NCBI GenBank assembly: GCA_043800555.1
Contig: JAZDMX010000002.1
Coordinates: 668 to 64,667 of the forward strand
From: Candidatus Omnitrophota bacterium
GTDB taxonomy: Bacteria > Omnitrophota > Gorgyraeia > Gygaellales > Profunditerraquicolaceae
DNA length: 64,000 nucleotides
Direction: 5' to 3'
Each line of letters starts with the position of its first letter. Position 1 is the first letter of the stretch. Shown in pieces: positions 37,056 through 45,924 of the stretch. A program made the translations under genes and the position numbers. The notes beneath the pieces were generated by a model. That model searched no databases. It was not told the DNA's origin and worked only from the letters and a program-made list of their open reading frames with translations.

Positions 37056-37156
37056 GTTTTCGATTCCTGGAAAATACTTTTATAACGGAAATTTGGGATT
37101 CAGTTGCAAAAGCGAACATATTGTAATATAAAGAAGGAACCGGGTCAATAATTATG

Positions 37157-37185
37157 TTGACCCGGGTTCTCAAAGCGCTTATAAT
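37157..37185 (+). promoter_or_regulatory. Sigma-70-like promoter for the FIST/HK/RR operon: TTGACC, 17-nt spacer, TATAAT
   Basis: TTGACC at 37157-37162, 17-nt spacer, TATAAT at 37180-37185, ATG at 37193. The -35 is embedded in an inverted repeat GAACCGGGTCAA…TTGACCCGGGTTC (37137-37170). Confidence 0.55.
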
Positions 37186-37192
37186 ACAAAAC

Positions 37193-38383
37193 ATGCGTGT
37201 AGGCATAGGCGTAAGCACGGAACTCGATCACTTAAAAGCGGCAAAAGAAGCGGTTGAAAAAGCAACTGCCCAGCTAAACTCGGACAATATCGATTTTGCG
37301 TTTCTGTTTGCTACGAAAGAATTCAGCCATCAGCTAGTCTTGCAAACAATCGCCGGCCTTATCGGCTCAACACCCCTCCTTGGCTCAAGCAGCTCAATTA
37401 TCATATCCAAAAACGGGCCCTTGAAATACGGCCTGGCCCTTGCGCTCTTCAGCTTAAGCGAAGGCGCTTATTGCAACGCTGCTTGCGTCAAAAACATACC
37501 TGCGAATGGCACGCTGGCAGCCGGAGAAGAGCTGGGAGAAAAACTCTTGTATGGGTGCAAAGACGTGCGCCGCGATTTAAGCGTTATATTTTCCAATACG
37601 AATACGAGCGATTATTCAAACCTAATCATAGGCGTGCAGGAAAAACTAGGCAAAGGCTTCCCTTTGGTCGGGGCTTCCCTGTCAAAGAATACGGGAAGTC
37701 CCGAAAACCACGTTTATTTCGGCGCGGAAATATTAAATAACGCGGCTTGCGGGATACTCTGGGGCGGCAAGCTTAATTTTAGCTTAGGCATAGAACACGG
37801 CTGGCAGCCTTTGGGAAAGCCGCGTTACGTTACGCGGGCGCAGATGGATACGGTTAACGAAATAGACGGCTTGCCGGCGGTTAATTTATATAAAGAATAC
37901 TTCGGCAAAGAAATTCTCTCCCTGAAAAGAGAACTTAAGCGCATCTCGGTATTTTATCCGCTGGGGGTAGCTTTGCCCGAGAAAAACGAATACCTGGTAA
38001 GGAGCGTCGTATCGATAAAAAATGACGGCTCCCTTCTTTTTCAGGGAGAGGTCCCCGAAGGAAGCAAGGTCAGGCTTATGATCAGCTCAAAGGATTCCTG
38101 CCTGGCCAGCGTAGCTAAAGCCGCCCAGGCGGCCTTAAATAACGCCAAAGGCAAAAAAATTAAATTTGCGCTTGTATTAAATTCTTTATCGCGGTATGCT
38201 CTCTTAGGCAGGCAGGCCTCCCAAGAGATAAAAATCATGCGGGAGGCGCTGGGTAACGAAGTGCCCTTTGCCGGCGTATACACCTCGGCGGAACAAGCCC
38301 CTTTAAGCTCCGCTAACTACAGTTTGGGGAAAACATATTTTCACAATAACTCGATAGCGATATTAACCATAACCGAATGGTAA
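37193..38383 (+). CDS. FIST-domain sensory protein
   Basis: About 396 aa from MRVGIGVSTELDH…; the C-terminal …ALGNEVPFAGVYTSAEQAP… resembles the FIST_C motif. The ORF track begins at 37154, upstream of the promoter, so the downstream ATG is preferred. Confidence 0.55.
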   Translation: MRVGIGVSTELDHLKAAKEAVEKATAQLNSDNIDFAFLFATKEFSHQLVLQTIAGLIGSTPLLGSSSSIIISKNGPLKYGLALALFSLSEGAYCNAACVKNIPANGTLAAGEELGEKLLYGCKDVRRDLSVIFSNTNTSDYSNLIIGVQEKLGKGFPLVGASLSKNTGSPENHVYFGAEILNNAACGILWGGKLNFSLGIEHGWQPLGKPRYVTRAQMDTVNEIDGLPAVNLYKEYFGKEILSLKRELKRISVFYPLGVALPEKNEYLVRSVVSIKNDGSLLFQGEVPEGSKVRLMISSKDSCLASVAKAAQAALNNAKGKKIKFALVLNSLSRYALLGRQASQEIKIMREALGNEVPFAGVYTSAEQAPLSSANYSLGKTYFHNNSIAILTITEW

Positions 38384-38396
38384 CCCCTGTTCAGAA

Positions 38397-39872
38397 ATGC
38401 TGACTATTATAGTATTCGCCTTAACAACCATACCTCTTGCCCTGGTGCTCCTGTATAAAATACAGGGCATAAAGCAATTGCGTTCGCAAGTCAACAGCCT
38501 GAAAAAATCCCTCGATGATATGGATGAACAGGCCAAGCTTATCGTGCGCACGGATATGGAATTGAATAAAATAGGGGAAGAGCTGGATAAAAAGGTATCC
38601 GGCCTCTACGCGCTGCAAAGTTTATCCCGCATCATAAGCATGACCCTGGAGGAAGACCAAATATTTAAACGGATACAGCCGGAATATTTGAAGGAGCTGG
38701 GGTTTGAAAAGGCGTTTGGCTTTCTCTGGAACGATAAAAACAAGGATTTTGTTTTGCGTTTTAGCGTAGGATACTCCGAAGAGGAGGTCAAAGCGATAGA
38801 GTCGTTCATTAACGGCAATAAAGAAAGCTGCATGAATTTTATAACAAGCGACAAAACGCTGTCTTCTGTCTCGGCATCCAATAATTTAATCTCTACGCAG
38901 CAGTTAAATGAAATTTTCAAGGCCCACTCGTTTATCGTTTCCCCTTTGGCCCCTCAACAGAATAACCGGGGATTGATCTTTGCCGGGACGCAAAACTTGG
39001 AAACGCTGGTCACCGAAGGAGATGAGGAATTAATTAAAATACTCTCTACCCAGTTGGCCCAAGCCCTTGAAAATGCCCGTCTTTTTGAAAAGACCTGGCG
39101 CGCGCAGCAGGAGCTGGAACATAAAGTAACCGAAAGGACCCATGAATTAACCGTGGCCCTGGAAGAAGTAAAAAAGATAAGCGACCGCAAAACCAGTTTC
39201 GTTTCAAGCGTTTCCCACGAATTAAGGACGCCCCTTACTTCCATAAAAGGATACGCCGCGATAATGCTTGCCGGAAAATTAGGGGATTTACCGCCCGACG
39301 TGCGCCAACGGCTGGAGAAAATAAACCGGCATAGCGACGAACTTGTGCATATGGTCAACGAACTGCTGGATATATCCCGTATTGAATCCGGCCGGGTAAC
39401 GATGCGGGCAGAGATTTGCAACCTGAAAGAGATAGCGGATAAAACGGATGATTTATTATCCGGCCAACTAAAGGAACGGAAATTACATTTGACTGCTGAG
39501 ATTAACCCCGAGGCAAACTTAGTTTTAGCCGACAGGACGCAGATAGAGCGCGTATTTATAAACCTTGTGGGCAACGCGATGAAATTTACTCCGCCCGGCG
39601 GCGCGATAACCATAAAAAGCCGCAAAGCGGACAATATGGCGGAGGTCAGCGTAACGGATACCGGCTGCGGCATACCCGAAGAAGCGCATAACGTTATATT
39701 TGACGAATTCTACCGGGTGGATAATGCCATAAACCAGGAAGTTAAGGGGACGGGCTTAGGGCTGGCCCTTGTAAAACACATCGTTGAGGCTCATGGCGGA
39801 AGAATTTGGGTAAAAAGCCCTCCCGGAAGCGGAGCAACTTTTAGCTTTACGCTTCCGATAGCTTGCGCGTAA
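38397..39872 (+). CDS. Sensor histidine kinase (membrane anchor, coiled-coil, GAF-like region, HisKA, HATPase_c)
   Basis: H-box SHELRTPLTSIKGY; N/G1/G2 boxes …NLVGNAMKFT…DTGCGIP…GTGLGLALVKHIVEAHGG…. Confidence 0.85.
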   Translation: MLTIIVFALTTIPLALVLLYKIQGIKQLRSQVNSLKKSLDDMDEQAKLIVRTDMELNKIGEELDKKVSGLYALQSLSRIISMTLEEDQIFKRIQPEYLKELGFEKAFGFLWNDKNKDFVLRFSVGYSEEEVKAIESFINGNKESCMNFITSDKTLSSVSASNNLISTQQLNEIFKAHSFIVSPLAPQQNNRGLIFAGTQNLETLVTEGDEELIKILSTQLAQALENARLFEKTWRAQQELEHKVTERTHELTVALEEVKKISDRKTSFVSSVSHELRTPLTSIKGYAAIMLAGKLGDLPPDVRQRLEKINRHSDELVHMVNELLDISRIESGRVTMRAEICNLKEIADKTDDLLSGQLKERKLHLTAEINPEANLVLADRTQIERVFINLVGNAMKFTPPGGAITIKSRKADNMAEVSVTDTGCGIPEEAHNVIFDEFYRVDNAINQEVKGTGLGLALVKHIVEAHGGRIWVKSPPGSGATFSFTLPIACA

Positions 39873-39906
39873 TCAACCTGGGGGCTTTTAACGGATACTA
39901 TTAACT

Positions 39907-40842
39907 ATGTCCATAAAAATACTTATAGTCGATGATGACCCCGATATACGGGACGTATTAAAACTCACCCTCTCCGAGGAAAATTATGAAATACTGGAAG
40001 TGGGCGACGGAGAGGAAGCCCTGAAGGTAATCCACGACAACCAGCCTGACCTGATACTGCTGGATTATAAAATACCCAAGATTGACGGCCGCGAAGTATG
40101 CCGCAGAATAAAAAGCGATTTACTCCTGCGGCATTTACCTATAATTATGGTAACCGGTAAAGGCGATATAAGCGACAAGGTTGACGGCATTGACGCCGGC
40201 GCCGACGATTACGTAGTTAAGCCATTTGAGCCGAAAGAACTTCTGGCGCGGATCCGCATGATCTTAAGGCATACTGAACGCGACCTGGAAGCAAACCCGC
40301 TTACCCGCCTTCCCGGGAACGTTTCGATATTAAAAGAGCTCTCCACGCGCATCGAAAGCAAATCTTTATTTGCCGTATGCTACATAGACCTGGATAAATT
40401 CAAATCCTATAACGATAAATACGGGTTTGAGCACGGAGACGAGGTAATCCGCGAAACCGCGCGCATCCTGATACGCGCGACGCAGGAGCATGGCAATAAC
40501 AACGACTTCGTAGGGCACATAGGCGGAGACGATTTCGTAATCGTAACTACTCCTGAGAAAACTGACCCGCTATGCCAGAAAGTGATACTTGATTTCGAGA
40601 AGCTTGTCCCTTCCTTTTATAATGAAAATGACGGGAAAAACGGGTACATAATAGGCAAGGGAAGGCACGGACAGGAACAAAAAATACCTCTTCTCTCCAT
40701 ATCCATAGGTATAGTAACCAACCAATACCGCAAAGTTACTCACGTAGCCCAAATCGGAGAAATAGGCGCGGAGTTAAAAGCTTACGCTAAAAGCCTCGAA
40801 AGAAGTAACTATGTAAAAGACAGGCGCATAGAAAACAGATAA
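39907..40842 (+). CDS. Response regulator with receiver domain fused to a GGDEF-family domain carrying a non-canonical GGDDF motif
   Basis: REC: ILIVDDDPDIRD…DLILLDYKIPKIDG…; GGDEF-like: NPLTRLPGN…YIDLDKFKSYND…GHIGGDDFVIV. Confidence 0.8.
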   Translation: MSIKILIVDDDPDIRDVLKLTLSEENYEILEVGDGEEALKVIHDNQPDLILLDYKIPKIDGREVCRRIKSDLLLRHLPIIMVTGKGDISDKVDGIDAGADDYVVKPFEPKELLARIRMILRHTERDLEANPLTRLPGNVSILKELSTRIESKSLFAVCYIDLDKFKSYNDKYGFEHGDEVIRETARILIRATQEHGNNNDFVGHIGGDDFVIVTTPEKTDPLCQKVILDFEKLVPSFYNENDGKNGYIIGKGRHGQEQKIPLLSISIGIVTNQYRKVTHVAQIGEIGAELKAYAKSLERSNYVKDRRIENR

Positions 40843-40843
40843 C

Positions 40844-40908
40844 AAACAGGGACAGCAACCGTTTTCCAAGCAGGCGATAATTTGAGAAACGGTTGCTGTC
40901 CCTGTTTA
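40844..40908. terminator. Bidirectional rho-independent terminator (21-bp perfect inverted repeat, T-run on the plus strand)
   Basis: AAACAGGGACAGCAACCGTTT at 40844-40864, a 23-nt loop, AAACGGTTGCTGTCCCTGTTT at 40888-40908, then TAATTT. Lies between the convergent RR gene and tRNA-Leu. Confidence 0.7.
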
Positions 40909-40914
40909 ATTTAC

Positions 40915-41000
40915 TGGTGCGCGAGGGGGGAGTTGAACCCCCAAGCCTTGCGGCACAAGCCCCTCATGCTTGCGTGTCTGCCATTCCACCACCCGCGCGC
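40915..41000 (-). tRNA. tRNA-Leu (anticodon GAG), type II with long variable arm
   Basis: Reverse complement GCGCGCGGGUGGUGGAAUGGCAGACACGCAAGCAUGAGGGGCUUGUGCCGCAAGGCUUGGGGGUUCAACUCCCCCCUCGCGCACCA. Anticodon stem CAAGC/GCUUG, loop AUGAGGG (U33, GAG, G37). T-arm GGGGG-UUCAACU-CCCCC; CCA encoded. Overall similarity to bacterial tRNA-Leu. Confidence 0.75.
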
Positions 41001-41067
41001 AATCTGCGTCGACCCGTGATTATAACAATAGCCGGATAAAATATCAAGTAAAAATGAGCTCGAAAAC

Positions 41068-41134
41068 GGAAAAGGGGGACGTTTCTACTTTTCCGGCACG
41101 AGGCTTGCGAAAAGTAGAAACGTCCCCCTTTTCC
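41068..41134. repeat. Palindromic hairpin repeat, copy 5 (loop CGGCACGAGGCTTGC)
   Basis: Perfect arms GGAAAAGGGGGACGTTTCTACTTTTC / GAAAAGTAGAAACGTCCCCCTTTTCC, directly downstream of the antiporter-like gene stop (41136). Confidence 0.9.
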
Positions 41135-41135
41135 T

Positions 41136-42278
41136 TCACAAATTGAAGCGTTCCCTGTTCAGTTGAAAGAATACCCGGAAAGCGTTCCTGTTCTCGAAAT
41201 TCTTGACCAGCCTGATTGTTTCGATTAACGCCCAGGCCCCATACACCCAGATGATCTCTGCGCGTATGGCCGGAAAGATGAATTGAGCCAGCCATAACAA
41301 AAACAGGGCTGCGGCCTCAAAAAACTTAAAATCCATGCTTGCTAAAAACAAGAAGCCCAGATAAGACTGGATAATCGTAAGGAGTATCTCCACCTTTTGC
41401 TGGTCGTCGAAAATAACGCTCGCCACCCTGCCCATGCCGAAAGAATAAATAAACGGAATAAGCGCCACCAGGATGGTCCACTGGTTGATGGAGGAAGAAA
41501 CAAAATTGGCCAGCGCCATAGGCGCCTTATTTACCTTTCTGGCCCAATAGAACGCCGAAAGCTTCTCGGGGAACTCGCTTAAGAACGGCGCCACCCACTG
41601 CACAAATACGAATTGCGATATGCCGGCCGAAACAGCCAAAGCAAGCATGGAGTCTAAAAACGGGTGGGCTGCGAAATAAAGGACCGTGCCTCCTGCAACA
41701 AAGAATAATACGACCCAGGCTATATTCAACGGGCGTTTTTGCCGCATTACGTATTTAGGTATCCGGCCCAAATCGCCGACATCCTCCTGTTCATGCGGAG
41801 GCATCTTCGATAAAAGATACAAATAGCCGAAATAAATCGCGCTGAGGATTAAACCGTCAAAAATATTCAGGGAACTCTTAAAATAGATAACCAGAAAATA
41901 GAGCAAAGCCGGCAAAAGCGAAAGGACGGCTATGGAATGTTCATCCTCCAGCTCTATGCTCCACGGATTTTTACCGCCGGGTTTACCCCTCCTGTGGAAA
42001 AAAGCGACAAAATAAACCATCGGCCAGCCTAAACCGACGAATAGCCTTAAAGAGCCTGTATAATTAGCGGTGATTAGATGTAATTTGGAAGGGTCTCTGG
42101 CCGCGGTAAAAGCAATTACTCCTTCTACCGCAAACTCCGGAAGGGTTTGTATCCATGCCAAAACAGCCAAAGCCAGGCCTTGCGAAATAAAGAATTGCCC
42201 GCACTCGGCTGCCCAGGAAATAAGCAGGGCGGCTAAGATTATCGCGGGAAACGTCCATAGGGCGCTTAAAGCTTCCAT
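41136..42278 (-). CDS. Polytopic membrane protein, Na+/Ca2+ (cation) antiporter-like
   Basis: 380 aa, about 10 hydrophobic segments with an internal duplication pattern; family assignment tentative. Confidence 0.4.
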   Translation of the reverse strand: MEALSALWTFPAIILAALLISWAAECGQFFISQGLALAVLAWIQTLPEFAVEGVIAFTAARDPSKLHLITANYTGSLRLFVGLGWPMVYFVAFFHRRGKPGGKNPWSIELEDEHSIAVLSLLPALLYFLVIYFKSSLNIFDGLILSAIYFGYLYLLSKMPPHEQEDVGDLGRIPKYVMRQKRPLNIAWVVLFFVAGGTVLYFAAHPFLDSMLALAVSAGISQFVFVQWVAPFLSEFPEKLSAFYWARKVNKAPMALANFVSSSINQWTILVALIPFIYSFGMGRVASVIFDDQQKVEILLTIIQSYLGFLFLASMDFKFFEAAALFLLWLAQFIFPAIRAEIIWVYGAWALIETIRLVKNFENRNAFRVFFQLNRERFNL

Positions 42279-42295
42279 ATAATAAAGGGGAACCC

Positions 42296-42652
42296 TTATT
42301 CGTTAGCGTCGTTTAAATCGCTAAGATTTCTTATTTTTAAACCGCTTAAATCATCTTTATAATAGGTAATCGAAACAGGGTCTCCCTGCTCGACATCGAA
42401 GAGTAAGATAGATTCTGTGCCCCGGGTAAGCTCTGAATCACCGGTAACCTTAAGGGCAATCTCATCCGAGTCCCCGGTATAGGGATCGGTATAACGCACG
42501 CTCAATACCGATTTTATCCAGTCTACGGAAGAGACTGTCCCGGAAATAGATTTATCGCCGCTTTCATCCGCTAAAGCCGCGGGAGCAATTATAAAGCAGA
42601 AAATCAGGAAAATAATGCTTATTTTATTCATTTTTCTCCTTTCTACGGGCAT
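42296..42652 (-). CDS. Small secreted hypothetical protein
   Basis: Signal peptide MNKISIIFLIFCFIIAPAALA (start probably at the internal Met); no family recognised. Confidence 0.4.
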   Translation of the reverse strand: MPVERRKMNKISIIFLIFCFIIAPAALADESGDKSISGTVSSVDWIKSVLSVRYTDPYTGDSDEIALKVTGDSELTRGTESILLFDVEQGDPVSITYYKDDLSGLKIRNLSDLNDANE

Positions 42653-42827
42653 TCATCTCCGGCGGCATTCCGAGCCCTATTTGCTTACGGCAACAAAAAA
42701 CAGGCTGCTTCCTCCATATTACTGCCGGCAACTAACATAAAACCGGCGGAACCCATTATACCCCGCCCACCCCAAAAAAGCGCCCACTTACAAACTCAAT
42801 AGTATGATACAATAAATAAGGTGAATA

Positions 42828-43949
42828 TCAAGGAATTACGCTGGAGGCGTTTTCTTCTTCCAGGATATTAACCAAGGCGGGATTTTCAGTCAGGCTGCTA
42901 TAATGAAAAATAACATATCCCCCTGCCTCCAGCTTCTCCGAAAACCTAAGCTCTTCCTTGAATTCTTCCGGTAAATTCCCCAGCTTATAAGCGCCAATGC
43001 CAATCTTCACTTTTCTAAAATCATCCACCTTATCTTTAATTGCTGATATCCACCTTTTGAATTCCGAAGGCTCCGGAGAATAATCCATCACCGTAACAAA
43101 ATCAACTAATTTGCGGTTAAGCCAGGAAGGCCAATCCTGAAATGCCTCAGAGCAGGCGCGCTGGATAGGCATACACCCTGTAACCGAAATCCGGATATTC
43201 GGGCGGATCCGCCGGGCCGCTTGCACAAGCCTTTCAAGCATTGCGGTTACCTGGGCGGATTTCCAATCTTGCCAAACATGGCTATCTTCTTCTATGTGTT
43301 TGGCGCCGGTTGCTTTCCGGAAACGTTCCATATTCATCGCGGTATAGCCGTAAGCGGGGTTCTTATCCGGATACCGGACATAATCAAGCTGTATACCGTC
43401 TAAATCCGGATAGGCCCGGACAACTTCCTCGACAATTCCGGAAAGTTCGCCGCGGACGCGGATATCCCCCGGCTCAAGGAAATATTGCCCATCAATCCTA
43501 TAATCTTCCGGGCCCTTCTTTTCTTTCAGGTCCCTCGTCAAAACGCTAAAGCCGTATTTTCTAAGAATGGGGGCGTTTTTATTCCTGCTTAAGCTTAAAA
43601 TATTGAGCCAGGCGTGCACCTCTATGCCGAGGCTATGGGCTTGCTTAATAAGAAGCCCAAGCGGGTCTTCAGAAACATTTTCCAGGCAGGCATTGTATGG
43701 GGCAGGATCCGCGATTTTCGACGCAAACCAAGACCGGTTCCCCCGGTAGATTTGAATAAAAATGACTCTAGCGCGGATCCTTTTGGCTAAATTTACAAGC
43801 TTGGATATTTCCCGGCGGCTTGAAAGCGCTTGGGGTTCATCCAGCGCCATCACAAATAGCCCGCTACCGGCTAAAGCCCCTTCGCACCTGGCAATGGGCG
43901 AAAAGAGAAATAACAGGCATAAGATATAAACTAAACCGCATTTCTTCAT
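42828..43949 (-). CDS. UPF0748/YddW-like glycosyl-hydrolase-like lipoprotein (GH10-like fold family)
   Basis: 373 aa; signal peptide; …RVIFIQIYRGN…GIEVHAWLNIL…GIQLDYVRYPD… matches conserved blocks of the YddW/UPF0748 family. Confidence 0.6.
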   Translation of the reverse strand: MKKCGLVYILCLLFLFSPIARCEGALAGSGLFVMALDEPQALSSRREISKLVNLAKRIRARVIFIQIYRGNRSWFASKIADPAPYNACLENVSEDPLGLLIKQAHSLGIEVHAWLNILSLSRNKNAPILRKYGFSVLTRDLKEKKGPEDYRIDGQYFLEPGDIRVRGELSGIVEEVVRAYPDLDGIQLDYVRYPDKNPAYGYTAMNMERFRKATGAKHIEEDSHVWQDWKSAQVTAMLERLVQAARRIRPNIRISVTGCMPIQRACSEAFQDWPSWLNRKLVDFVTVMDYSPEPSEFKRWISAIKDKVDDFRKVKIGIGAYKLGNLPEEFKEELRFSEKLEAGGYVIFHYSSLTENPALVNILEEENASSVIP

Positions 43950-43968
43950 TTTTACGCGCCGTTAAACT

Positions 43969-45390
43969 TTATTCCGCAATGCTACGTATGGATATGACCC
44001 GCTCAAGCAAAGAACCTTTCCGGGAACCCTCGCCTAAAGCAAGATCGCTGACCACCGCCCGGTTTAGCTTATGGAATACCTCTTTGCCCAACCCTTGTTT
44101 TTGCCTATAACCGTAAATTTCGTGTATCACATACGGACGGTTGCCAAACATCCCCAGATATAAAAGGATATGGCCTTTTAACTGTAAGATTGTTACTCCC
44201 CCGATAGCCTCTTTAGCTAAAATACGCGTTTTCAACTCATTACTCGTCTTCTGCTCAAAGTTGCCTAAAAGCTTCCCGGACCTGCCTTGCTCCGCGGAAT
44301 CCCTCGGCAAGACTATTCCCACCGTAGAAAAAACCTCCTGGATAAAACCCGAACAGTCCTGTTCGCCCCCCTTGCCTCCCCAGCCATAAGGGGCGCCTAA
44401 AAGTTTAAAAGCCTGTTCTATGGTATTACGCGGAGTATACTCCAAATAACCCGGGTTTATCTCTGCCTTCCTTAAATAGGCGGCCTGCTCAACGAACTTC
44501 CCCTCTTTTTGCTGCGAAGGGATAAGGACCGTGGCTGTTTCGGATGCAATCCCTATCAAAGGAAATTTCGCGCCCATCCTGACATAGCCGATACGGCGCG
44601 TTAATGCGGGGTCTTGGAAAATACCGGCCTTGGCGCTAACCACTACGGCAAACGGCGATCTCCCCAGGAAAGCCTTGAAATCGCTGAATTCGCAAAAGGC
44701 AACCTTATCTTTTTTGACCCATCCGGAACTTGTCGGAGAATATACATATACCCAAAGCCCGTCCCTGCTTTCGTGTAAGGCCACCAAAGGAGTGCCGATA
44801 TCTAAAGAACTGTTTTGGAGCTCGTCAAATGCGGCATCTGCCGGAAGTACGGTCAAAATATCCTCAGTCGGAAGCAAACGCTGGTCAGCGTAATGGCGGA
44901 TAAACCCGTAACGCGCATTAATCCTGGAAGGAATTGCCGCAACACTAATTTGCTTTTCCATCTCCTGATAAAAAGGCTCCGCCGCAATTATCGAATCTTT
45001 TGCATAAAGCTTCTGTTTGACAAATCCAGCGAACTCTTTTCTTAAGGAAGAGGCCAATTCTTCTCCGGAACATACCGGGCCTGTTTTTAACAAGTCTTTT
45101 ATAAGCCCAAGCTCTTTTTCTGTCCTGGAATTAAACGCTGCGATACCGGATTGGCTTAAGATAATTTTATCTGCGGAATCGTTCCGGCTGATCCAGAAAC
45201 CAGGCTCTTGTATATGCCTGTTGGCGCAAGGGGCTGTATCGCATCCTGTTGCGGATAATAAGAAAATTGCCAGTAGAAAAAAACAGGGGCGAAAAAAGGG
45301 GGACGTTTCTACTTTTCTCGAGCCCGATTGCCAGAAAAGTAGAAACGTCCCCCTTTTTTCTGAAACACTCCTATTTCCGCGCATTTTCAA
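43969..45390 (-). CDS. NlpC/P60 (C40) cell-wall peptidase lipoprotein with N-terminal SH3-like region; 5' end overlaps hairpin repeat copy 6
   Basis: C-terminal catalytic block …GWGGKGGEQDCSGFIQEVF…HILLYLG…YVIHE… (Cys/His/His). Lipobox-like …LLSATGC. The first about 30 codons (…EKRGTFLLFWQSGSRKVETSPFF) are a translation of the hairpin repeat, so the exact start is uncertain. Confidence 0.7.
   Translation of the reverse strand: MKMRGNRSVSEKRGTFLLFWQSGSRKVETSPFFRPCFFLLAIFLLSATGCDTAPCANRHIQEPGFWISRNDSADKIILSQSGIAAFNSRTEKELGLIKDLLKTGPVCSGEELASSLRKEFAGFVKQKLYAKDSIIAAEPFYQEMEKQISVAAIPSRINARYGFIRHYADQRLLPTEDILTVLPADAAFDELQNSSLDIGTPLVALHESRDGLWVYVYSPTSSGWVKKDKVAFCEFSDFKAFLGRSPFAVVVSAKAGIFQDPALTRRIGYVRMGAKFPLIGIASETATVLIPSQQKEGKFVEQAAYLRKAEINPGYLEYTPRNTIEQAFKLLGAPYGWGGKGGEQDCSGFIQEVFSTVGIVLPRDSAEQGRSGKLLGNFEQKTSNELKTRILAKEAIGGVTILQLKGHILLYLGMFGNRPYVIHEIYGYRQKQGLGKEVFHKLNRAVVSDLALGEGSRKGSLLERVISIRSIAE
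45291..45359. repeat. Palindromic hairpin repeat, copy 6 (loop TCGAGCCCGATTGCCA, same orientation as copy 4)
   Basis: GAAAAAAGGGGGACGTTTCTACTTTTC … GAAAAGTAGAAACGTCCCCCTTTTTT. Confidence 0.9.
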
Positions 45391-45634
45391 CCAATTTGCC
45401 CTGAATCAATGCTAATTTTTTCTTTCTCGCCCAACCTTTGATCAGGGACTCGCGTTTCAGGGCTTCATTCCTACTGCCGCTCGGTTCAGAATAAAGAAGC
45501 TTACGGGCCTTAAATGCGCGGGTAAATTTTCCGCCCTTGCCGGATTTGTGTTCTTGGAATCTTCGCCGGAGATTATCGGTAATGCCGGTATAAAGACTTT
45601 CGTTTCTGCATTCAAGGATATAGACATACCACAT
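45371..45634 (-). CDS. GIY-YIG nuclease-family protein (small, YhbQ-like)
   Basis: 87 aa; MWYVYILECRNESLYTGITDNLRRRFQEHKSG… (GIY-YIG motif: YVYIL…YTGIT…R…E). Confidence 0.7.
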   Translation of the reverse strand: MWYVYILECRNESLYTGITDNLRRRFQEHKSGKGGKFTRAFKARKLLYSEPSGSRNEALKRESLIKGWARKKKLALIQGKLVENARK

Positions 45635-45924
45635 TTCGGTGTATCCTTCGACTCAGTCGCCCTTCGGGCTCCTTCGCTCAGGATGGTTCGCCTCGCTTCT
45701 TAAAGACTCGCTTCAGCTCACTCATATGGCTTGTGGTGAGCGAGCGAAGCGAGTCGAACCACTGCCCAAAGTTGTCGCCAGCCGAGTTTCGCAACCTCAA
45801 TATTGCCAAATAGTTATCAAAATGACTATCCGCTGCGGTAAAGGCGGATTTATTTATCTTGGCGATCCGTCAATCGACAATTAAAATGACAACCTAAATG
45901 GCAATCAAGCTCTATGTTTAGTGC

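Noticed and set aside
38954-39673. 239-aa minus-strand ORF inside the histidine kinase gene
   Set aside because: Antisense to an ORF with unambiguous HisKA/HATPase motifs.
45639-45884. 81-aa plus-strand ORF in the GC-rich structured intergenic region
   Set aside because: Overlaps strong RNA-like secondary structure and has no SD or motifs; more likely non-coding (see finding).
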